Assembly (NCBI GenBank): GCA_041576165.1
Contig: JBFGLM010000016.1
Location: 25,301-89,300 of the forward strand
Direction: 5' to 3'
DNA length: 64,000 bases
From: Acidimicrobiia bacterium
Lineage (GTDB): Bacteria > Actinomycetota > Acidimicrobiia > Spongiisociales > Spongiisociaceae
Positions 31,944 to 41,815 of this stretch are shown here, piece by piece (within the stretch, counting starts at the first letter, position 1; each line of letters starts with the position of its first letter). Made by a program: the position numbers and the translations under genes. The notes beneath the pieces were generated by a model that was not told the origin of the DNA, did not search any database, and saw only the letters and a list, made by a program, of their open reading frames with translations.

Positions 31944-33278
31944 ATGCGAATCATCATTGTCGGCGCCGGTGCCGTCGGTTCCTACCTCGCCAGCCGGCTC
32001 TCCACCGAAGGCCAGGACGTCGTAGTCATCGAAGCTGACCCGAAGCGGGCTGCCGAGCTTCAGGATTCGTTAGACGCGCTGGTCATCACCGGTAATGGCG
32101 CCTCCCAGAGCGTGCTGAAGGAGGCGCAGGTCGATCGTGCCGACCTGCTGATCGCAGTGTCCAGCAGTGATGGCGCCAACATCCTGGCCTCGCATGCAGC
32201 CAGCATCATCGGGGTCAAGCGCACGGTAGCCAGGGTGGAGGATCCAGGCCTGCGCCAGGGCCTCACCGACCTCGAGGTCGACGCCGTGATCGACCCCGGC
32301 GAATCGGCCGCTCAGGAGATTCAAACTCTCCTGGGCGAAAGCGGCGTCTCTGAGCTGGTCGAATTCGCCCGCGGCCAGCTGGTACTCGTGGGCGGGATCG
32401 TGCAGGCCGCTTCTCCACTGGTTTCGGCGGCGTCCCTGGCCGAGCTGCGCAAGTCGCTCAACGGAGTCGATTGGGTGGTCACGGCGGTGGTCCGGGGTGG
32501 TCGCACCATTGTGGCCCACGGCGAAACGGAAATCCGCGAAGGCGACCACGTGCTGGTGATGGTCCGGGAGGAGGATCTGGACCATGCCAAGGATCTCATC
32601 GGTCTCCGAACTCGCAAGATCCGCCGGGCAATCATCCTCGGAACGACTCGGGTCGCAGAACTGACCGCAGACCTGTTGGAGAGCCAGGGTTTGCAGGTCA
32701 TCATCATCGATCCCGACCCCGATCGGTGCCGGATCGCGGCTGAACGTCACAGCGACGCTCTCGTGGTGGTGGGCGATCCCACGGACCCCTTCGTGCTCGA
32801 CGAACTCGAAATCGGCGAAGACGACGCGGTGGTCGCCCTCACCGGTAGCGACGAGGTCAACATCCTGGCGTGCCTCGTGGCCAAGGCGATGGGGGCGGCT
32901 ACCACCATCTCGCGGGTGTACCGGCTCACCTACGTCGGACTTCTCGCCGGGTTCGGCATCGACGCCACTGTTTCGGTTCGCCTCGCTGCAGCCAACTCCA
33001 TACTGCGGTTTGTGCGCCGCGGCCGGATTCATTCGGTGGTCACCTTCCAGGACACCGACGCCGAGGCGATCGAGATCGAAGTCGAGGCCAGCAGCCCGGC
33101 GGTTGGGAAGACCCTGTTGGACCTTCCCCTGCCGCTGGGCGCCGTCATTGGCGGGATACTGCGGGAAGGTGACGTCTTCGTGCCGCGCGGTTCTACCGAG
33201 ATCCGACCCCGCGATCACCTGATCATCTTCGCTCTCCCGGCGGCAATGTCCAGCGTCGAGTCGTTGTTCTCCCGGTGA
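31944..33278 (+). CDS. trkA: Trk potassium transporter NAD-binding subunit
   Basis: MRIIIVGAGAVG; duplicated RCK_N/RCK_C architecture, 444 aa. Confidence 0.95.
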   Translation: MRIIIVGAGAVGSYLASRLSTEGQDVVVIEADPKRAAELQDSLDALVITGNGASQSVLKEAQVDRADLLIAVSSSDGANILASHAASIIGVKRTVARVEDPGLRQGLTDLEVDAVIDPGESAAQEIQTLLGESGVSELVEFARGQLVLVGGIVQAASPLVSAASLAELRKSLNGVDWVVTAVVRGGRTIVAHGETEIREGDHVLVMVREEDLDHAKDLIGLRTRKIRRAIILGTTRVAELTADLLESQGLQVIIIDPDPDRCRIAAERHSDALVVVGDPTDPFVLDELEIGEDDAVVALTGSDEVNILACLVAKAMGAATTISRVYRLTYVGLLAGFGIDATVSVRLAAANSILRFVRRGRIHSVVTFQDTDAEAIEIEVEASSPAVGKTLLDLPLPLGAVIGGILREGDVFVPRGSTEIRPRDHLIIFALPAAMSSVESLFSR

Positions 33279-34786
33279 GCGCTCGCATTCGCCCTTTCCG
33301 TCCCGGCCGACGTCCCGAAACGAGGCGCCAGCCCATGTTCCGCCTGCTGTCCTACGTAATCGGGGCAGTAGTCGTGGCGGTCGGCATTGGGATGGTGCCG
33401 GCCGCGTTGGTGTCGGCGATGTACGCCGAGTGGGCCGTAGCGCTCCAGATCTTGCTCGCGGCCGCCCTGACCGTGGCGGCCGGGCTCATCGGATGGAGGC
33501 TGGTGGGTCGCACCGGACCCGTCACTACCAAAGAGGGCTTCGCCACCGTGGGCCTGGCGTGGTTCTTCCTCGCATTTTTTGGAACGCTCCCGTACCTGTT
33601 CAGCGGCGCCATCCCCAATCTGACGGACGCTTTTTTCGAGACGGCATCCGGTTTTACGACGACCGGAGCATCAGTAGTTCCCGACCCCGGGGATCTGCCT
33701 CGTGGCATTCTGTTCTGGCGCTCACTCACCCAATGGTTGGGTGGCATGGGCATCATCATTCTGTCGCTGGCGATACTCCCGCTCCTCGGCGTGGGAGGCG
33801 TCCAGCTGGCGCGGGCCGAGTCGCCCGGTCCCGAACCGGACCGGCTGACGCCGCGCTTTCGGGAAACCGCCAAACGTCTCTGGTACGTCTACGCCGGGAT
33901 CACGTTCATCGAGGTGCTGTTCCTATGGGCCGGAGATATGGACTTGTTCCAGGCCGTCAACCACGCGCTCACCACCATGTCGACCGGCGGATTCGGCACC
34001 GAAGCCGACTCCATTGCAGGGTTCTCCGCGTATACACAATGGGTGATCTGCGCATTCATGTTCATCGCGGGTGTCAGCTTCGCTTTGCACTTCCGGGCGC
34101 TACGGAAACCAGATGTTTACATCCATAACGCCGAGTTCCGGCTGTTCGGGGTGCTCATTCTGGTTGCGATAGTCATCATTGCCGGTGGTATCTGGGGAGA
34201 CCAGCAGTTCGGGACCACCATCCGCGATTCGACTTTCACCGCTCTCACTCTGCTCACAACGACGGGCTACACCACTGCGGACTTCGGCGCATGGATAGGC
34301 GGGCTGCAGATATTCGTCGTCGGCTTGATGTTCCTGGGCGGGATGGCAGGTTCGACGGCGGGTGGAATCAAGACGTTCCGCATCGGGGTGCTCACCCGGG
34401 CGGCATCGGCCGATCTGCGTCGCTTGATCCATCCGCGCGGGCTGTTCATCACCCGGTTCGGCCGCAATCCCGTGCCCGACCCGATCGTGGAATCGGTGCA
34501 GTCGTACTTCTTGTTCTTCATGTTCCTGTTCATGACCGGGACGTTTCTGATGGGGTTCATCTCCTCCACCTTGCCGAATGCCGAGCTGGACCTGGTGACC
34601 AACGTATCCGCTGTCGCCTCGGCCCTCGGCAACAACGGTCCCGGTCTGAGCGAGGTCGGTCCGACCAGCAACTACTTCGGGATCGCCTGGCCCTCCAAGT
34701 GGCTGCTGTCATTTCTGATGATCGCGGGCCGGTTGGAGATCTTCCCGGTTCTCTTGCTCTTCACTCGCGACCTGTGGCGACGCTGA
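33275..34786 (+). CDS. trkH: Trk potassium uptake membrane protein
   Basis: FETASGFTTTGA, QWLGGMG, STGGF, GSTAGGIK, GRLEIF. Confidence 0.96.
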   Translation: MSARIRPFRPGRRPETRRQPMFRLLSYVIGAVVVAVGIGMVPAALVSAMYAEWAVALQILLAAALTVAAGLIGWRLVGRTGPVTTKEGFATVGLAWFFLAFFGTLPYLFSGAIPNLTDAFFETASGFTTTGASVVPDPGDLPRGILFWRSLTQWLGGMGIIILSLAILPLLGVGGVQLARAESPGPEPDRLTPRFRETAKRLWYVYAGITFIEVLFLWAGDMDLFQAVNHALTTMSTGGFGTEADSIAGFSAYTQWVICAFMFIAGVSFALHFRALRKPDVYIHNAEFRLFGVLILVAIVIIAGGIWGDQQFGTTIRDSTFTALTLLTTTGYTTADFGAWIGGLQIFVVGLMFLGGMAGSTAGGIKTFRIGVLTRAASADLRRLIHPRGLFITRFGRNPVPDPIVESVQSYFLFFMFLFMTGTFLMGFISSTLPNAELDLVTNVSAVASALGNNGPGLSEVGPTSNYFGIAWPSKWLLSFLMIAGRLEIFPVLLLFTRDLWRR

Positions 34787-34808
34787 ACAGTCCCAGCTGA
34801 CGCCTCAC

Positions 34809-35918
34809 TCAGTGTGCGAGTAGGACCAGGTTGTCGCGGTGGATGATCAGGCTCTCGCCTTCGGCCAGATCCGCAGTGCGCCTGCCCATCACGGCCGCCG
34901 TTCGCCCTGCCCCCACCGCGGTGACCCCTTTGGCAATCAGCTCGTCGGTCGAGGTGTACACCTCGACCGCATCACCTGCGTCGAAGCTGCCCTCACAGGC
35001 GACGACGCCCACAGCCAGCAACGAGCTGCCCCGACGGATGAGGGCGTGTGCCGCTCCCGGATCCACGTGCAGCTGTCCCCGGGCCGGCTGACCGAAGGCG
35101 ATCCACAGTTTGCGGGCGCTGAGGCCAGTGGCGTGTGGTTCCACCCAGGTCCCCACGTCGGCCCCTCCGGCTATCCGGCTCACGACGTCGGGTTCGGTGG
35201 CGAGAGCGATGACCGTCGGCACTCCCGACCAGGCGGCCATGCGGGCCGCGGCCACCTTGGTGGCCACTCCGCCAGAGCCAAAGGGACCGGTTTTGCGGTT
35301 GGCGACCTCATCCAGCACCTCGTCGGTATGACGTACCGCATCCAGCAACTCGGCATCTTCCACCTTGCGCGGGTCGTCCCGGTAGATGCCGTGGGTATCG
35401 GTCAGCAGCACCAGGAGACCGGCACCGACCAGGTGCGACACCAGGGCTGCCAGCCTGTCATTGTCGCCCAGTCGCAACTCCTCGACGGCCACCGTGTCGT
35501 TCTCGTTGACAATGGGGATCACGCCCGCCGACAGCATCCGGGCGAGGGCAGTGCGGGCATGGAGATACTGGCTGCGGTTGGCCAGAACATCCTTCGTAAG
35601 CAGGACCTGGCCGGCCACCCATCCACGGGCCGCGAATGCCCGCCCGTATTGCTCCATGAGCCGGACTTGGCCTACCGCGGCTGCGACCTGAAGGCCGGCG
35701 AGATCGTTGGGGCGGCCCCCCATGGCGGGCGCGCCTGCGGCCACAGCCCCGGACGACACCAGCACGGTCGGGTGGCCTTTGTCCCACTCTGCGCACACCT
35801 GGTCGGCTATCCGCTCGATGGCGTCGCCGTCGATCCCGCCCCCGGGTCGGGACAGGCTGGAAGAGCCGATCTTGACGACCAGCGGCACACCCGTGCGCAG
35901 CGGGCGTCGCTCAGGCAT
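34809..35918 (-). CDS. proB: Glutamate 5-kinase
   Basis: VVKIGSS, VSSGAVAAG, PIVNENDTV, GDNDRLAA, PUA domain. Confidence 0.96.
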   Translation of the reverse strand: MPERRPLRTGVPLVVKIGSSSLSRPGGGIDGDAIERIADQVCAEWDKGHPTVLVSSGAVAAGAPAMGGRPNDLAGLQVAAAVGQVRLMEQYGRAFAARGWVAGQVLLTKDVLANRSQYLHARTALARMLSAGVIPIVNENDTVAVEELRLGDNDRLAALVSHLVGAGLLVLLTDTHGIYRDDPRKVEDAELLDAVRHTDEVLDEVANRKTGPFGSGGVATKVAAARMAAWSGVPTVIALATEPDVVSRIAGGADVGTWVEPHATGLSARKLWIAFGQPARGQLHVDPGAAHALIRRGSSLLAVGVVACEGSFDAGDAVEVYTSTDELIAKGVTAVGAGRTAAVMGRRTADLAEGESLIIHRDNLVLLAH

Positions 35919-37170
35919 CCTCGTCCTCGAACTCGAACACCAGGTCACCGATCCGAACCTCGTCCCCTGGCACCGCACCCGCCGCGCGGAGCGCATCATC
36001 CACTCCCATGCGGGACAGGCGCCGGGCGGCGAGCGCAGCCGCGTCGGGCTGCGTCAGGTCGTTGAGCGACACCGCCCGCTCGGCGGCCCGGCCGGTCACC
36101 ACCCACATATCGTCGTCCCGGGAGATCTCGAACGACGTTTCCACCGGGCGATGCAGCACAAACCCCTCGCGCTCGGGGGTCGCCTTGGCGGCGGTAGCCA
36201 CGGCGTCGGCAATGGCATGGAGAAGCTTCGACAACCCCTCGCCACTGACCGCGCTGATCATGTAGACCGGTTCCTCCACAAGGTCTTGGATGACCGCCGC
36301 GGCGACCTCAGCCTGGGGCAGGTCGGCCTTGTTGACGGCCACGACCCGCGGGCGCTCTGCCAGTTCGGTGCTATGCCCGGCGAGCTCCCGTATGAGCACC
36401 GCGTACTGCTCGTCGACGTCTTGCGTCTGGAGGGGGGAAGGATCCAGCAGCACCACAAGCGCCCGGGCGCGTTCTGCGTGGCGAAGGAATTCGTGACCCA
36501 ATCCCCTGCCCTCGGCAGCCCCTTCGATCAGTCCTGGGATGTCGGCAAGCACAAATTCGCGCCCGTCTACCGAGACCACCCCCAGATTGGGTTCGAGCGT
36601 CGTGAAGGGGTAGTCGGCGATCTTGGGCTTCGCGGCCGACACCCGCGAGATGAGGGTGCTCTTGCCGGCGTTGGGAAAGCCGATCAGCGCCGCGTCGGCC
36701 AGTAGCCGCAGCTCGAAGACAACCCACACCGATGCGCCATATTCGCCCTGTTCACAGAAAGTGGGCGCCCGCTGGCCGGGGCCGACCAGCGCGGCGTTGC
36801 CTCGACCTCCCCGGCCTCCCTTGACGAGAACCACCGACTGGCCGTGCTCGACGAGGTCGGCCAAGACCGTGCCGTCGTCGTCCCGAATCGTCGTCCCAGG
36901 CGGAACAGCAAGTACGAGGTCATCGCCCTGGCGGCCATGCTGGAAGTCGCCGCTCCCGTGCGTACCGTTGCCCGCGGCGTGGTGGGGGTTGCGCTTGTAT
37001 GTGAGTAGCGTCGACACGTTACGGTCGGCGCGGACGATCACGTCGCCTCCGGCCCCACCCGAGCCGCCAACCGCGCGGCCCTTCGGTTGGCGGCCCTGGC
37101 GTTGGAAGCTGACGACACCCGCACCACCATTTCCGGCACGCAGGCAGACGCGTACTCGATCGACGAACAC
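35911..37170 (-). CDS. obgE: GTPase ObgE
   Basis: Gly-rich Obg fold, GFPNAGKST, YPFTT, DIPGLIEGA. Confidence 0.97.
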   Translation of the reverse strand: MFVDRVRVCLRAGNGGAGVVSFQRQGRQPKGRAVGGSGGAGGDVIVRADRNVSTLLTYKRNPHHAAGNGTHGSGDFQHGRQGDDLVLAVPPGTTIRDDDGTVLADLVEHGQSVVLVKGGRGGRGNAALVGPGQRAPTFCEQGEYGASVWVVFELRLLADAALIGFPNAGKSTLISRVSAAKPKIADYPFTTLEPNLGVVSVDGREFVLADIPGLIEGAAEGRGLGHEFLRHAERARALVVLLDPSPLQTQDVDEQYAVLIRELAGHSTELAERPRVVAVNKADLPQAEVAAAVIQDLVEEPVYMISAVSGEGLSKLLHAIADAVATAAKATPEREGFVLHRPVETSFEISRDDDMWVVTGRAAERAVSLNDLTQPDAAALAARRLSRMGVDDALRAAGAVPGDEVRIGDLVFEFEDEDA

Positions 37171-37192
37171 GATCGCGGGTGCCGAATTCCCC

Positions 37193-37444
37193 TTACTCGG
37201 GGAGGACGGACACCATTCGGCGTCTGTTGCGGGTGTGGTATTTCACCGACCCGGGCCGCATGGCAAACAGCGTATCGTCGCTGCCCTTCCCGACGTTCTC
37301 TCCCGGGTGGATCCGGGTCCCACGCTGGCGGACGATGATCTGGCCGGCGTTGATGATCTCGCCGTCGAACACCTTCGGTCCGAGGCGCTTGGCCCTCGAA
37401 TCACGCCCGTTCTTGCTGGAACCGCCTGCTTTGGTCTTCGACAT
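37193..37444 (-). CDS. rpmA: 50S ribosomal protein L27
   Basis: [23 protein letters not shown]. Confidence 0.97.
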   Translation of the reverse strand: MSKTKAGGSSKNGRDSRAKRLGPKVFDGEIINAGQIIVRQRGTRIHPGENVGKGSDDTLFAMRPGSVKYHTRNRRRMVSVLPE

Positions 37445-37447
37445 GCC

Positions 37448-37822
37448 TCACTCCTCTTCGTCGGCCGACGCCGCGGCTTTGGTCGACTTGGCGGCCTTCG
37501 CTTTCTTGGTGCCGGGCATGTCGATCGCCGTGATCTCCAGCTGCGTGTAGAGCTGACGATGGCCCTGCCGCCGCCGGTAACCCGACTTGTTCTTGTACTT
37601 GAAAATGTCGAGCTTGTCGCCTCTCACCTCACCGAGGACCTTGGCCCGCACGGTGATCTTGTCGAGCTTGTCTCGATCCGTCACCGCCTCACCGTCGTCA
37701 CCGACCACCAGGAGGGGCTTGAACTCGACTTCGTCGCCAGCGGCCTTCAGCCGCTCGACATCAACGATGTCTCCCGGCGACACCTTTGACTGCTTACCGC
37801 CGGTTCGGATGATTGCGTACAT
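37448..37822 (-). CDS. rplU: 50S ribosomal protein L21
   Basis: MYAIIRTGGKQ...KYKNKSGYRRRQGHRQ. Confidence 0.97.
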   Translation of the reverse strand: MYAIIRTGGKQSKVSPGDIVDVERLKAAGDEVEFKPLLVVGDDGEAVTDRDKLDKITVRAKVLGEVRGDKLDIFKYKNKSGYRRRQGHRQLYTQLEITAIDMPGTKKAKAAKSTKAAASADEEE

Positions 37823-37925
37823 ATCTACCTCACAAACCGGATCATTGTATCGTCGCCCCGGCAGGTCGAAAAACCTGGACCGTGATGCCGGCCTTCCAGC
37901 CCCCCGGTCGGGCTGGGACAGTCAG

Positions 37926-39557
37926 CTAGTTGTCGATGTCCGCATCGTCCGCGTCGTGATCGAACACAGGCGCCCCGACCGTGGCGGCCTCCTCGTGGAG
38001 CAGCACGCCCCGTCCGTTACACGTCGGGCAGACTTCTGAGAACGATTCGAGCAGTCCCTCTGACACGTTCTTGCGTGTCATCTCCACCAGACCGAGGTTG
38101 GAGACGTCGAAAACCTGGGTTCGTGTCTTGTCTTTCGCCAGAGTCTCGCGCAGGCGGCGCAGCACCGCGTGGCGGTTCTTCTCGATCTCCATGTCGATGA
38201 AATCGATGACGATGATCCCGCCGATGTCGCGTAGCCGCAGCTGGCGGCCTATCTCCTCGGCGGCTTCGAGATTGTTCTCGAGCACAGTCTCCTCGAGGTT
38301 GGACTTGCCGACGAACTTGCCGGTGTTGACATCGATGACCGTCAAAGCCTCGGTCCGATCGACGATCAAGTGCCCACCGGAGGGGAGCCAGACCTTCCGG
38401 TCGAGTGCCTTCCGCAACTGATCCTCCACATGGAAGCGCTCGAACAACGACATCTCGCCGTCTTTGTACAGCTGGACTTTGGAGGTCAAGTGGGGAGCCG
38501 TGTCATCGAGGTATGCCTTGACCTCCTTCTCGGCCCGGGGATCGTCGATCAAGAGGCGCCGGAAGTCCGGCGTGAAATGCTCGCGAATCACGCGGATGAG
38601 CAAGGGTGGCTCCTCGTAGATCACCCGCGGGGCGCCACCGTCACCGATCTGAGACTGGATACCCGTCCAATCCTGGACGAGACGATCGATGTCCGCCTTG
38701 ATGTCACTCTTCGACGCCTGCGAAGCAGCCGTGCGGACGATCACCCCGTAGCCGCCCGGCTTGACCTCGTCGATGATCTGCCGGAGGCGAGAACGCTCCT
38801 CGTCGGGCAGGCGGCGGCTGATGCCCTGGATGTCGGAGTTCGGGACCAGAACGAGGTGGCGGCCGGGCAGCGTGACCTCATTCGACAAGCGCGCTCCCTT
38901 CGCCCCCATCGCGTCCTTGACCACCTGCACGAGAAGCTCGTCGCCCTCTTTGATGACCTCTTCGATGCGGGGACGGCGGCGGCCGTGCTTGCTGCGGTCG
39001 TAGCTGATGTCGCCTGCGTACACGACGCCGTTCTTGTCCGAGCCGAAATCGACGAACGCTGCCTCCATCCCGGGAAGGACGTTCTTGACACGGCCCAGAT
39101 AGACATTGCCGACCAATGACTCCCGATCCGAACGCGCTACGTAGTGCTCCACCAGCACCGGGCCCTCGAGAATCACGACCTGGGTTTGGTGAGGAAGCAC
39201 GCGGACCAGCATCTGCTTGCGCGCGGTCTCCGGCGGGATGATGATCTCTTCCTCCCGCCGCCGGTGATCGGGACGACGGTCGTTTGCGCGTCCGTTGCGG
39301 TGGTTGCGGTTGGAGGATCGGTCCCGACCGCCTGATTTGGCGCCGGCCGGCGGTGCCTCACGCGAAGGGCGCTGTTTGCTCGCCGGACGCTGTTTGCTCT
39401 TCTGACGGTTGTCAGGAGCCTTCGGTGGGGCCTCGCGAACGCGCCGGATCTGCACCTGGTCGCGGCCAACTTGGCGGACTGTGGTTTCCTCGATTGATTC
39501 GTCGCCGACACCACGGCGCAATACCTGTGGTGTCCGACGGCGGCGGAACAATGCCAT
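37926..39557 (-). CDS. rne: Ribonuclease E/G family
   Basis: S1 domain NVLPGMEAAFVD, DVNTGKF, RLRDIGGIIVIDFIDM, CPTCNGRG; disordered N-terminus. Confidence 0.95.
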   Translation of the reverse strand: MALFRRRRTPQVLRRGVGDESIEETTVRQVGRDQVQIRRVREAPPKAPDNRQKSKQRPASKQRPSREAPPAGAKSGGRDRSSNRNHRNGRANDRRPDHRRREEEIIIPPETARKQMLVRVLPHQTQVVILEGPVLVEHYVARSDRESLVGNVYLGRVKNVLPGMEAAFVDFGSDKNGVVYAGDISYDRSKHGRRRPRIEEVIKEGDELLVQVVKDAMGAKGARLSNEVTLPGRHLVLVPNSDIQGISRRLPDEERSRLRQIIDEVKPGGYGVIVRTAASQASKSDIKADIDRLVQDWTGIQSQIGDGGAPRVIYEEPPLLIRVIREHFTPDFRRLLIDDPRAEKEVKAYLDDTAPHLTSKVQLYKDGEMSLFERFHVEDQLRKALDRKVWLPSGGHLIVDRTEALTVIDVNTGKFVGKSNLEETVLENNLEAAEEIGRQLRLRDIGGIIVIDFIDMEIEKNRHAVLRRLRETLAKDKTRTQVFDVSNLGLVEMTRKNVSEGLLESFSEVCPTCNGRGVLLHEEAATVGAPVFDHDADDADIDN

Positions 39558-39559
39558 GT

Positions 39560-39940
39560 TCTGTCACTCCTTTGCCGGCCATGTGGGCCGGTGCAAACTG
39601 GTGACGGGTGGCGCGGCTCGATGCGGCGGAATGGTGGCCGCAAGCCTGGAGCGCCCCGTCAATGGTGACCCGCTCGTCGGCGTCGACGGACGGTGAGTTG
39701 AGTTCACCTAAATCCGCCTGGCTGACGCGACCGCGAGCCGGTCGAGTAGAGAGCCACGGGAAGCCCACCAGGCCGATGGCCTGCAGGCACGACGTCAACA
39801 TCGAAATCAATGACGGTCCGACTCGCACCACGCGCCCTCCCGACAGCGTGGCCCCAATATTGGGCGAGCCGGCACGCGACGCCAGGGTCACGGTGCCTCC
39901 GATGGCTCAGAAAGCAGCTTTCGTAATTCGAAGAGCTGCA
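39560..39940 (-). ncRNA. Candidate long structured 5' leader of rne
   Basis: About 380 nt with no convincing ORF, several hairpins, and an upstream extended -10 (TGGTAGCCT at 39953-39945). Confidence 0.5.
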
Positions 39941-39995
39941 CTGCAGGCTACCACGCATTGTGCAAAAACCCCAGGTCGTTGGTAAGGCGATCTGG

Positions 39996-40577
39996 TCACG
40001 GGTCGAACGACATCTGCCGGGGCTCGTCGGGGTCGTAGCAGCGCCGGCACCGGGCTTCATACGCACCGGTCGCGCCGAGCACCACCAGATCGTCTGACTG
40101 AATGATTCGCTGCGTGAATCCGGCCGGATCCCCACAGCGGTGGCACACCGCCAGCATCTTTGTCACATACTCGGACCGGGTGGCGAGGGTTGGGATCGGC
40201 TCGAACGGACGAGCCAGGAAGTCCATATCCAGGCCCGCAACGATCACCTGCTTCCCGGACAGAGCCAGCTGCTCGGCGACGTCGACCAGCGCATCGTCGA
40301 GGAACTGGCCTTCATCGACGCCGATGACCTCGGTCGCATCTAGCACGGCTTTGACCAGCTCTTCGGAGTCCGCAACCGGCTGCGCATCGACCGCGAGCGA
40401 TGAATGCGACACGACTTGATCGACGCCGTACCGCTCGTCGACGCCCGGTTTGAAGACCTGCATGGGAATGCCGGCGATCTTGACCCGGGTCATCCTCCGG
40501 ATCAGCTCTTCGCTTTTCCCAGAGAACATCGGTCCACATATGACTTCGATCCAACCCTGACCGCCACGTCGATACAT
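39996..40577 (-). CDS. tdk: Thymidine kinase
   Basis: ICGPMFSGKSEEL, VDEGQF, AGLDMDF, CHRC...YEARCRRC. Confidence 0.96.
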   Translation of the reverse strand: MYRRGGQGWIEVICGPMFSGKSEELIRRMTRVKIAGIPMQVFKPGVDERYGVDQVVSHSSLAVDAQPVADSEELVKAVLDATEVIGVDEGQFLDDALVDVAEQLALSGKQVIVAGLDMDFLARPFEPIPTLATRSEYVTKMLAVCHRCGDPAGFTQRIIQSDDLVVLGATGAYEARCRRCYDPDEPRQMSFDP

Positions 40578-40642
40578 GAGCCGGGACTGTAGTGGCCAGT
40601 GGTCCGCCGCAGCAGGTGGAGTCCGGCGGCGGCCACGCAGGG

Positions 40643-41815
40643 CTAGAGCGGCACGTACTCGCGGCCGGGAACCGGGGAGCGGTCCCGCCACACTGAGTTG
40701 ACGACTCCGAGCGACGCGGCCATCACGATCATGGCCGTGCCACCCGCGCTGATGAACGGGAGCGGGAGGCCGGTGACCGGGGCGACCCCGATTGTCATCC
40801 CGATGTTGATGAACACGTGGAACATGAGCATTCCGGCCACTCCCACCGCGATCAGAGAGCCGAATCGATCGGACGCCCCGATCGCGATCCGCAAGATTCG
40901 CCAGAGGAGCAATGCGTAGGCCACGACGACGATCGCCGCGCCGACGAAGCCCAGCTGCTCGCCGATCGCAGTGAAGATGAAGTCGGTGGTCTGTGCCGGC
41001 ACGTAACTCAGCTCGGTCTGAGTGCCCTGGAATAGCCCGCGACCAAACAGCTGGCCGGAGCCGATGGCGATCTGGCTTTGATTCAGATTGTAGTTGACGT
41101 CCCGCAATCCCTGGGATTGATCGAGGAAACTGGTCACCCGCGCCACCTGATACGACTTGAGGAGCTCGAGCTGCCAGAACGCCACTATGCCGACCACGCC
41201 GGCTCCGATCAGCGCCAGCAGCTGCCGGAAGGTCGTGCCGGCGGCGAAGAGCACTACCAGAGTCATGAACCCGAAGACGAGCATCGTCCCGAGATCGGGC
41301 TGACGGAAGATCAGGTAGGACGGGATCGCGACCACCGCCAATGCGGCGGTCAGGCGTTGCCACCGCATCCCCTCTTCGGGGGCCGGGGCCAGGATCATGG
41401 CCAACGTCAAGATGATGACCAGCTTGGCCACCTCTGACGGCTGAAGCTGGAAGTCGAATGGGAGCTGAATCCAGCGCTGTGCGTTGGCGATCGGCTCTGT
41501 GAACAGCACGTAGACCAACAGCCCCAGCGTCCCTACATAGATGAATGGGAGCAAGTTTCGATATTCGTGATAGTTGATGAGCGACGTGACAACGAATGCG
41601 ACAAGCGCCCCCGCTGCAAAGATCAGCTGCTTTTGCATTGCCCCCGTGGGATCCTCGCCGATGGTTTCGAGCCGGACCCGGGTTGCCGAATAGACCATCA
41701 GCACTCCGAGCGCCAGCATCGCGGCCATGATCACGAACATCACGACATCCGGCGCGGGGCGCCGCCGATCCGTGAGAAGCCCGACCCGGGCCGCGGATCG
41801 ACCGAGTACGGCCAT
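40643..41815 (-). CDS. rodA: Rod shape-determining protein RodA
   Basis: QPSEVAK, QPDLGT, IGSGQLFG, TDFIF, PVTGLPLPFISAGG. Confidence 0.95.
   Translation of the reverse strand: MAVLGRSAARVGLLTDRRRPAPDVVMFVIMAAMLALGVLMVYSATRVRLETIGEDPTGAMQKQLIFAAGALVAFVVTSLINYHEYRNLLPFIYVGTLGLLVYVLFTEPIANAQRWIQLPFDFQLQPSEVAKLVIILTLAMILAPAPEEGMRWQRLTAALAVVAIPSYLIFRQPDLGTMLVFGFMTLVVLFAAGTTFRQLLALIGAGVVGIVAFWQLELLKSYQVARVTSFLDQSQGLRDVNYNLNQSQIAIGSGQLFGRGLFQGTQTELSYVPAQTTDFIFTAIGEQLGFVGAAIVVVAYALLLWRILRIAIGASDRFGSLIAVGVAGMLMFHVFINIGMTIGVAPVTGLPLPFISAGGTAMIVMAASLGVVNSVWRDRSPVPGREYVPL

Noticed and set aside
39560-39950. RNase P RNA or tmRNA in the long intergenic gap
   Set aside because: The GAGGAAAGTCC motif of rnpB and the tRNA-like ends of tmRNA were not found on either strand.
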